A stretch of DNA of 63,118 nucleotides from NCBI GenBank assembly GCA_027604505.1, contig JADIIX010000134.1, positions 1 to 63,118 on the forward strand, written 5' to 3'. Source of the stretch: Gonapodya sp. JEL0774 (lineage: Eukaryota). The position numbers were made by a program, and so were the translations under genes. The notes beneath the pieces are model-generated. The model made no database searches. It saw only the letters and a list, made by a program, of their open reading frames with translations, and was not told where the DNA came from. The first letter of the stretch is position 1; every line of letters begins with the position of its first letter. Shown piece after piece: positions 12,774 to 22,784 of this stretch.

Positions 12774-15700
12774 ATGATTTTGGCCCGCCGTGCTCGTTGG
12801 GGTGGATGCTTCGCACTGCTGCTCTGCTTCCTGATCGTGGCATCGACTCCACAGCGCGCTGCAGCGCAGATTTGTGCGGAGAAGAGTTGTAACGGAAGGT
12901 GCATTGGAATATTCGAGGATTGTGTGAGTGCTTCCCCTGTGCAATCGGCTGCCCAACTTCAAAGTCACTGGCCTCTCTCAACACCAACGAACGACCAACT
13001 CCAAAAGCCGCCTGCACCTCCTCCTCCTCCAACGCCGCCACCGCCACCGCCCCCACCGCCCCCACCTCCTCCTCCTGCTGTACCGCCCCCACCCGCTGTT
13101 ACCCCTCCTCCTCCACCACCGGCGGTCACTCCGCCTCCTCCTCCTCCTCCTCCTCCTCCCCCTCCCGCCGTCACTCCTCCTCCCTCGGCCCCTCCACCTC
13201 CGGCCGTCGTTCCTCCTCCTGCCACTCCACCTCCGCCTGGGGTGTCAGCACCGCGTAAGTTGCACGTGTACGAAACTTATATCTCCCCTCCCGATAGTCT
13301 CTACTCCATCTGCTTGTGACACTCATCGGAAACCGTATTGCAACAGCGTCTCCTCCTCCTCCAGCCGCCACCGCAGGTGCACCACCAGCGGCCCAGCCTA
13401 CCGACGCCAACGGAGCCACTCTGGCGCCTTGTGAGTATTCGTGATGCTTCTCTACGCTCCCGTTCGCGCACTTTTTGATGTTGCGGGATCGCGATGCAAA
13501 ATCTTCCCACTCAAATTGTTCCTCCTCTTTGCACTCACAGCGCCCGCCCCCACATCTACCGCCGCCCCACCCGGAGGTACCTATGCTCCCTCCTCCAGTT
13601 CGTCCGGATCAGGAATCGGAGCGGGCGCCATTGTCGCTCCCGGATCTCCACCAGCGTCTGGCGGTGGATCGAGCGACACGACGGGCAGCACGGGCTCCGG
13701 CTCGGGTTCAGCGGGTTCAGGCGCTTCAAGTGGCAGCAGCACCGTCGCACCACCTCCTGCACCTGCATCCAGTTCGAGCTTGGCCGGTCCCATCGGTGGA
13801 GCCGTGGGCGGGACTGTCGCACTCCTCGTGGGCGGGCTGGTCGCATATCGGTTCATGCGAAACAAGGGCACCACGAACCGTCCTGATGCGTAAGTGCGCG
13901 TGACGCGTGACTCTTTGTGTTTCGTGGCTGCCGGACCTCCCAGCGCACCTCACCCTCACCGCTTTCTGTGTTCCCTCCCCCCTACGAATCCCTAGCAAAT
14001 CCACAAACACCCTCAACTACGTCAGCAGGAGGCCGAGTTCCCGCACATCCGATGGGAACGGGCCATCTCCTTCGTCTCGTCAACTGAAAAGCTATAGCAA
14101 CCTGGGAAGTTCCGCCGCTCCGTCAATCTACAATGACGATCACGTCGCCGACTCCACAGCAGTGGCCCCACCGGCATCGACCAAATCTTCCACCAGAACG
14201 CGCATAAACGTCGATTCGAAATCCACCAGGAGCGGTGCGTCCAATGGCGACCAACATTCCGACAAGGGATCCTTCCAGCGGAGCGCGGTGACCTCAACCA
14301 AGATACACTCCCGGCAGTCGGGCAAGTAAGTGAGAGTGGGGTTGGCCAGGAGTGTGCCATCACGTGGCGCTACGCTCTTCTCCTTGTTCTTCACTCGTGC
14401 TCACCGAATCGTGTGTTCCACCCTTGTAAGTGCCCCAAGCACACACGCAGCGACCAGTGGCTCCGACGAGCCCGCGTCGCATTCCTCCTTGTCTGTTCCT
14501 CCCTCCTTGAACCCAGCGGATCGATCGTTGGACGACGACTCTCGCAGTCACGAAACCATGGAGAATGGTGCAAGTTGGCTCGAGTGGGCGGATGGAGGAG
14601 TTCCGGTGGGTTTTGAAGGAGGCGAGCTGAACCTCGCTCTGGTCACCCGCAGGAGGTGTACTTTTTCTGTTGTTGCCGTGCGACTACTAACCTGCCTTCT
14701 GACTCTATGTAACTGGGTTTCTGTCATGCATAAGATTCACGTATGTAGAAGTTTTGGTGCACCCCTGGTGTGCAAATTTAGCTCACTGATCCTCGCCCGT
14801 CTTGCTCTCCCACAGCCACTGTTCCATTACTTTGCCGCCCCGCTCAACCTTCTCCACGAAACCAGTCTCCCTTTTCAAGGTCAACCTTGGCTGGTGCTGG
14901 AAAAGGTGAGGATCGAGTCCCTCCCTGGTCAGGTCTCGAATCGATGCCGCCAATCGCTGGCTGTCTTGTCTCGTAATAATTTGTTCCCTCCCACCAGTAC
15001 AATCCCGTGAATGAGGATGAGATCGCTCTATTCCCGATGAATGCAGTGAGCTTACAAGCTATCTTCAGAGATGGGTGGGGCTACGGAACGAACGTGAGTT
15101 GCGGTACCCTCGTTATGTGTCCGCGTCGAGCAGGGCGTATAACATAGCTCGGACCGTCCCATTGCAGCTCACGACAGGGGCGATTGGAATGTTGTAAGTA
15201 CTCATTTGGTCATGGATAATGGCAGTGACCGAATTCCATCCACGACAACTCAACCATAACTCTTTTGTTCCCGACGCTGACATTCTCTAAACAACTACAG
15301 CCCTCTGTAAGTATCTATGTGGACATTTTGACTGCCGTTTTGATCCGTAAACCATCATTCAAAACCCCAGGGATTACCTTGACCTCTCCCCGCTTGGAAT
15401 TTCTCCTCCTCGTTCCGGTACCAACTCCCTTGCGCGCTCGTCGTCGCTGCTTCGCGGCACACCTGCATCGAAATCTGGCTCATTTGTCAGTGGATCAAAC
15501 GGCAGTGGCCGCACGGCAACAATACGGAGTACCTCGGCTGTGGCCAACACCCAACTGGTGAATTGAGACGTCGTGGTCGATCTCGGTATCAACGAATACG
15601 CTCTGACCACACCGCTTGCTGCCTTGAATATTGTGCATATTAGCTCACTGATCCCTCCCGCCGCGGCGTCGATGTTCGAGGCCCCGAGCTGGGAGCTGTC

Positions 15701-16081
15701 GCAAACCCTTTCCAGTCACAAAACCTCGTGCCGTCATCGTCCATGTTTCCACAACCCTCCAACTACCAGAAGTTCCACTCTGCTGCAATGCAACTCATTC
15801 CGACAGAAGTAATGGCACTGCCGTCGTTTAGCCAACTCCCCGTGGATCAATTGGGGTCAAGTGCCTACGGTGGCGGCGGGGTCCCTGGCTACGGTAGCAT
15901 GGCACCCTCCTCTGGTTACAATCATCTCCCATCGCAACCACCGTCTGCGTACGGAGGTGGTGGCTCGCTCAGGACAGTGTCACAGAGATGGAACCCGGGA
16001 GATGTTGCAGCCGTCGGATTTGGTGTCGGAGTCCCATACCAAGGCGGCGTTGTTCTGCCCCGAAAGGACGGAGTGTCTTGA
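12774..16081 (+). CDS. Single-pass protein: signal peptide, short Cys-rich cap, polyproline/Ser-Gly stalk, TM, SH3
   Basis: Signal MILARRARWGGCFALLLCFLIVAST; ICAEKSCNGRCIGIFEDC; polyPro; TM LAGPIGGAVGGTVALLVGGLVAY followed by RFMRNK. Spliced PLFHYFAAPLNL...WLVLEK|YNPVNEDEIALFPMNAVSLQAIFRDGWGYGTN|LTTGAIGMF-PL-DYL is an SH3 that uses a 6-nt microexon at 15301-15306. Stop at 16081. Confidence 0.8.
13008..13237 (+). repeat. Coding CCN trinucleotide low-complexity tract (polyproline, PPPPAVT units)
   Basis: Direct reading: (CCT)n/(CCA/CCG)n runs encoding PPPPPAVTPPPP. Confidence 0.9.
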
Positions 16082-16665
16082 GATTAGTTGGCACTGGATG
16101 AAATGGACTCTGTTCCTATTCTTGATCGTGGTCGGTCTGACGTATATGCTGGTTATGTACTGCCAGATGTGCAATTTTTATTCGACTTACGTACAATTAG
16201 CGGGCGTCACGTCTCTGATACAAATGTACAAGTCTCACGTGTAGAAATGATATACAATGGAAAGCAGACTCCAAAATACCATACAATGGATATGAGATCG
16301 ATTTTACTGGACGGCAGAAGAGTTCAACACGGGGATATGTACTGATCTGAAGAAGCTGCTAAGCTCCATATTTGCTCTTTGCCTAGTCAGAGCGCTGGCG
16401 TATTGAACCTTATCATAAGAGGTATTTGTCGTTTTTTGCGACCTCAGAATCACGACCCACCAGTAGAGTACTCTGATATATAAACAACATTTTACTAGTT
16501 ACGTATTGTACGTTCGGATACCTTATGTTACGGCAAAGCTTGATATTTTAAGATATGATAGACACCCCCACACATTACCAACGATTTGATCTTCAAATGA
16601 TTTCCGGCACGATACGTATCCAAGGATCCAACTCTCCCAACGCCATTTTAGCACTCTTGAATAGG

Positions 16666-19600
16666 TTACTGGTTTCTGCAACTCTTGTCCTTCTTCTTGT
16701 CTTTACCAGCTTTGGCTGCCTTTTCTTTACCCTTGACTGTGGCGGGTGCAGTGCCGGTGGACGTGGGGGCGGATGCAACAGCCGGCGCGGGTTTGGGTGC
16801 TGGTAGCAGGAAGTGTTTAGGTGACTCAGCAGTGAACTACTCAAGATCGTTTCATTCAAGTCTCACCTGCTGAGGGCGCAAGTGCCTCGGCCGTCACAGA
16901 TGGACCTTCGGGCAGGGATGCCGCAGTGAGGACTTTCGCTGCAGCCCAGCCATATGAGCTTAGTGGTTTGACACCAAGGAAGTATATCCCGATTCACACT
17001 TACCTGTGGCCATAGGATCAGTTGACGCCTCAGCGACGGCAGCCACTGTACTTTCTCCTGCCTCTTCCTTGAACAGAGGGGTTACTGTCTCAGTGATCGC
17101 TTGCGATGACAAGACAGACTTGTCGTCCACAGCAGCCGGTTGCCCTGACACCGTATCAGCGGAGGGCACATCAGCCACTGGAGGCATATCAGCGGCTTCA
17201 GTAGGAGCATCAGCTACAGTTTCGTCAGCGGGGACAACAAGTGCAGCTGTTTCTGCATCGGGTTTTTCGATGGTCTCTTTAGGAGTAGAAGCAGGAACCC
17301 CATCAGCCTCCGTCGCAGCGACAGTCGCTGGATCACCGTCACCCTGGCCGCCGTCAACCTGGGGAGAAGAAGTTTCAACGGCTGGGACAACCGTATCCTC
17401 AATTACTTCTGGTTTCGCGTCTCCGGCAGGTTCCACTGCGAGGATTCCAGCAGGTTCCGCCGCAAGAGCAGTTCCCTCACCCACGATTTGCAATATTCCT
17501 TCCTCAACCTCAACCTCCGATCCCACCTTTCTCGCTGTATCATCGGAACCTACGGTTGTTGGTTCTGCATCGCCGGTTGCCGGTTCTGTATCACTAGTTG
17601 GAATAGTTGGAGGCTCAGCATCAGCAGTTGCGGGTTCAGCATCACCAGCTGCAGGTTCCGCTGCAGCTTCTGGATCATCCTTGGTAGTCCCTTCTGAGAC
17701 TGATGGGTTCACCGAAGCACTGGTGCTGGTTTCTTCTGCTGGCAGTGCAGTGGGCGCTTCTGTAGACTTGTTGACGGCAGAATCCGGCTGCTCGATCGGG
17801 TTTTCGGTACCCGGGTCGTTTGATGTCGGTGGAGCATTGGCCGGAGTGATCACCTCAGGCAGCAATGGAGCATAGGTGTCCTCAGAAGGAAATGGACTCG
17901 ACGGGGGAGACGATGCCGCCTCGCTACTGGCCACTGAGCCCTTCACGTATGGCTTTCGCTTAACTGTGACGATTGAACAGCTCAGATCAGTAAAAACTGA
18001 ACTGAATCAAATCGTGCCAAAACAACAGGCATTACTCACATTCATCTTTGGCCCGTTCTTTCTCCTCAATGTATGAGGAAAATTTACCGATCAATGCAGA
18101 AACCTTTCCTGACGGTTTGGGTTTCTCGACAGATGAAGCGCCATACGAGCTCGAAGAGGAGTACCCGCCGCTGCTCGAGAGGTACGAAGGTTTGGTAGTA
18201 GTTGCAGATCCCTTAAGCCAGTTTGGCTTCTCTGTGGAGATGGCAGTTGGCAAAGTGGGTCCTCCGAAGTTCGGTTTGGGTTTTGAGACAGTTGGCTTGG
18301 GAAGCTCCTTCCGAGTGATAACGATGGGCTCCGGAGTCGGCGCAGGTGTAACAGAGGTAACCGCGGCAGACGATACCTCCTCCGCTACTGGCTTTTCCTG
18401 CACCAACGGCTCGTCCTCTATGACTGGGATGTCCGTTGGTGTTTCTTTGGGCACTACGTTCTCTTCAATAGACGTCTCCTCTGGTGCGGATGCGCTGGCC
18501 GGCTCCGTTTCCCTCCTAACAACAGACGCCACAGCAGCTGTTGCCCCCGCTGCTACTGCTGTGAGAGCTGCGACAGTTGATTCAGTGGTTGAAGTTTTCT
18601 CCCCTGCCTCTGGAACTGACGCTGGATCTACTTCTGGTGTCTCGTGGGGTGTATCTTCCGACTTCACCGCCACCATTTCTGGTGGCTCAATAATTGACGT
18701 TGGTGGCATTTCAACCGCTGTCTCAACCTCAACTGAGGCTATGGGATCGTCTGACACCTTTATCGACGCCATAACTTCTTCACCTAGAACTTTCTCCACT
18801 TGCACAGAATTATGAATCTCTCGGAGAGTCGCATCTGGCTCAGAAGCCTCAGCTTTGTCGAGCTCTACATATCCTTCTGATGCTTTGGATGCAACGAACT
18901 CAACCTCGGACACCACGCTACTTGGAACAGCTTTAGCCTCCACTTCCTCCTGTGGTGACTCGGCGAATGCCGCCGCTGGCGTCTCATCAGCAGCTGGTTC
19001 CACATACGTTTCGGACACTGGTTGACCGATCTTCAATGTTGCTTCGTCCAGCTTCGCATGCTCTTCCTCAACCACCGCAACCTCAACATCGGGTGCCACG
19101 ATTTGCGACTTGTCGGAAGCATCAAGAGCCTCAGGTTCCATTGCAGCATCGCTCGGAGACGCAGGCTGCTCTAAAGTCGTTGAAGATTCAGGGACGGCCC
19201 CCTCTGTGATGACATTTTCAATCCCCGAAGAGCTGATCTCAGGGGTAGACTCTTGAGGAACAACTTCTTCCTCCACTGGCACAACATATTCTCCCGCACT
19301 TTCAATTGTAGCGATATCCTCTACTGGGGCGATGTCTCCAGCTAACTTTTCAGCAGGGGCGATGACCTCTTCGATTAATGGTGGAAGACTGCCCTTGGAT
19401 TCCTCCGGTGGTGCACTGGTCGTATGGAAGTATTCTGTCGCAATTTCTTCAACTCTACCTTCGATCTCCGTAGTTGCATCGTCCAGTACTACTGGTTCTG
19501 AGGCTTGGGCGGTTATTGTGGTCGCTGCGTCTTCCACAGGCTCGGTGGCGTCAACTCGCTGCAGCTCCACAACCGTTTCACTAGTTTTCTCTGTGACCTC

Positions 19601-22600
19601 CTCCCCTGGGGTCTCGATGACAGGGACCGAATCCGTGTCAATGATCGTGAGTGTTGGTACCACAACCGTTTCAGAAAATAGTTCCACTTCAGTTTTGGTT
19701 TGGGCATCCTCAGATAACTCGGCTGGCACTGCCGACGGAGCTTCTTCAATCCCAGATGCTACTAAAATCGGATCCTCAACTGCTTGGGACTCGGATGGTA
19801 ATGTATCCGCTTTCTCCGGAACGTCCTCCCTCGCAGCTGGGGCCTCTGCTTCCGAGTCCACAGCGGCCGCTGGCTCCTCTACTGAGGTCGACGCTTCTTC
19901 CGGCTCCAGTGTAGGGGCCACTTCCGTCGATTCAGGCTCAACGACGGTCTCTAGAACCGACCCGGGCTCCCGGGCTGCCGCCGTAGTAGATTCTTCGCGC
20001 TCGAGGAATGCCTCCGGAGTCGACTCTTCGGGCTCTGATGCAGCTCGCAGGCTGAGTTTTTGGGGCTCTGGTGCGACCTCCGGAGTCAGTTTCTCTTCCA
20101 TCGTATCCGACTCAATGGGATCAGCAGTTTCCTCTGTCAATATCTTCTCCACCACCTGAGGTGACTCCACTGTGGGGATGTCCACAGCAGTTTCTGCAAC
20201 AGTTTCACCCGCAGTTTCAGCGATGGCGACCTCCTTTGTGGCCTCCTCGATTGGGATAGGTACATCCTCGACCATTACAGATTCGGCGCTAGGTGCCTCC
20301 TCCTCAATCACAGCTGGCTCCACCTCGGTCAACTCTTCTCCCACGGCAGGTCCAGTTTCCTCGGTTGGTGTATCGGTGACAATAATCGGAGATTCGCTAT
20401 TAGACTCCTCCACGGCGGAAGCCTTGACTGCAACTGGCACCTCTTCGACAATAGGTGCTTCCTCCACTGTTACAGATTCGGCGCTCGGTGCTTCCTCCTC
20501 AATCACAGCTGGCTTCTCCTCGGTCAACTCTTCTCCCACTGCAGGTCCAGCCTTCTCGGCTGGTGTATCGGTGGCAGGAATGGGAGTTTCGCTGACAGAC
20601 TCCTCCACGGCGGAAGCCTCGACTGCAACTGGCACCTCTTCGACAACAGCTCCCTCATCTTTCGCTGGTAGAACCTCAGTGGCAGACAAATCTTCGGTGA
20701 CGGTTGCGTCCTCCTCTGTGGATAGAGGGATATGTGGCGCCACCGACATTTCGGCATCAGCAGTCTCTTCAACAGGATCAGCCGTCTCCACAGTGACTAT
20801 TGGTTCCTCGATCGTGAGTGGGGCAGCAGAAACCTCTTTGTCAGAAACGACAGCCTCCTCGAGATCCCCTGCGGGTACATCCTCAGTGGCTGCCTCGTCT
20901 TCGGCTGTGACTTGTGGTTCGGCAACCACTGGAACTTCTTGGTCTGCGTCGACAGTAGGCACCTCCGGGACAGCAGAATCGCCAGCAGGGTTCGCCGTTT
21001 CCCTAAGTGGAGCAACGATAGCGTCTTCCACCACGGTGGATGGCTCCTCTTTTGCTTCATCCACTGCAACTGGCACTTCACTCGAAGTGCCGGCAACTGA
21101 AGTCTCGCCCGCAGTCACATCCTCCTCCACAGCTGTGGGTCCATTCTTGATGACGGCGAGGAGTTCGCTGGGAGTGGCGGTCGTCTCTTCCACAGAAGCA
21201 AGCTCCTTCGCGGCGACGACCGGGTCCATGATGAGAACAGTGTTTTCGACTGTGGCGGGAGTTGAGCCAAGAGCTTCGACGGTTGTTATGTGCTCGGCAA
21301 TAGTGCGCGGAGCCTCCTCGTTTGATACCATCTCCTCGGCCTTTGTTTCAGCTTCCTCTTCAACTCCTGCCAAAGTCTCGTCTTTACCGACGACCGATTC
21401 CACTAACGGAGGAGCCGGGATTCCATCGTTAGGTGCGGTCACTTGTGTTTGAGTGACCGGCAGGTTGACTGGTTCGCCTGGCGTTTCGTCATTGGACGCG
21501 GCTACAATTATTGCGGGTACATCTTCATCTCCGATCGGCTTCTCTGCGGGGGCTGCAGATATCTCCGCTACGACTGAGGTCTGTTCTTCCTCGATCTGGG
21601 GAGACTCCTTTACTGGAAGAACTGGCATCGTGATAGGGACAGGTTCCTCAACAGAGACGGTTTCTTCTATTGGGGGCAATGGCTTCTCCGCCGGGATCTG
21701 GGTCTCCACCGGGGATTCCACCTCCCCGGCCGAGGGGGCCGAGTAGGCAAGGATGCCAGCGCCCGACAAGGCGACCTTGGTGAGCTCGTAGACCTTTTCG
21801 GGAGTATCTACGCTGGATATCTATACAATCGTGGCGTTAGAATCATTGCGAAGCGCGGGTATGCAGCACAACATAGCACCGGTAAACGTACGGTCAAGAC
21901 CTTTTTCAACGCTTGGTACGATTGAATAACAGGGTAGCTCGTCTGGTGAAATGTGACAAATCTAAGAACAGAGATACGGCTAGAATTTAGTTATCCATCA
22001 AGGGAAAGCAGCCGTGTTTGGACTGACCGTTTTCGGATTGACTCAATATTGTCATCAGACCTTCCACTGGTCTCCCCCCTTTTCAGAAGTCTCTCAATAA
22101 GCTGTTCTTCAGTGCACTCAAAGTAAAGGACCACCTTTGGTGGGCCAAGATCCTTCTCGAAACGTTTGGCTTGGTCCATAGCCCTTGGGAAACCATCAAT
22201 TAAGAACAGGGTCTTGCCAGTCTCCTCGTTCTCAGTGATCGCGCGCTCAAGCAAGGATATAGTGATTTCGACGGGCACAATTTCTCCGTTTCTAATGCAA
22301 TCGCTAATCAGTGCCCCATACGGCGACAAGAAGTCGTCTTGTTCGGCTCGGAGGAGATCGCCTGCCGAGAGATGGCAGATTTCGGGGAAGTCTCGGGCAA
22401 GATTCTCACATTGAGTACCCTTGCATTCCGCAGTTGTTTCATCGTGGATTGATGGCCAATCGTGAGTTGCAATTCCAATGTTGGAACCAAGTGGCGCAAC
22501 ATGACGACGAAGGGTCAATCGAGGCCATCAACGACGGAAATCGGTGAATTCAAACATACCTTGCCGGCACCTGGACCACCCAGTACGAAAACAACGGTGG

Positions 22601-22607
22601 GGGCCAT
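16666..22607 (-). CDS. URA6: UMP-CMP kinase (adenylate kinase family) fused to a very long Glu/Ala/Pro/Thr/Val-rich tail ending KDKKKDKSCRNQ
   Basis: ATG 22607 MAPTVVFVLGGPGAGK|GTQC (P-loop), HLSAGDLLRAE, FLIDGFPR, LLKRGETSGRSDDNIESIRKR. The last kinase exon (starting 21820, ISSVDTPEKVYELTKVAL) runs without a stop into the 1245-aa ORF. Further exons splice in frame to TAA at 16668-16666. The symbol applies to the kinase domain only. Confidence 0.8.
20255..20645 (-). repeat. Intragenic tandem duplication, 2 x 195 bp (65 aa)
   Basis: TTACAGATTCGGCGCT occurs at 20275 and 20470 (period 195). The peptide VEEVPVAV.ASAVEES..E.PI..TDTP.E..GPAVGEELTE..PAVIEEEAPSAESV occurs twice. Confidence 0.9.
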
Positions 22608-22784
22608 TTTCCACAACGTTGTGTGTGTTTGGGTGGGGGATGAGGGACTCACGAAGCACACACGCCAAAGCAGCCCACTGGCTTCGAAGTTTTTCAAAAC
22701 AGTTATAATATGAATCATAAACACTGGAATCACTCTGAAGTTTTTGTTGCTAGTTGGGATCACGTGAGTTGAAACTACAAGCCT

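Noticed and set aside
12928..13434. Poly-Leu (plus) and poly-Gly (minus) ORFs
   Set aside because: Alternative frames of the CCN polyproline tract.
17006..21746. Long plus-strand ORFs (17006-17875, 18048-18815, 19332-20159, 20172-21452)
   Set aside because: Ser/Thr-rich antisense shadows of the Glu-rich minus-strand exons, with no independent protein features.
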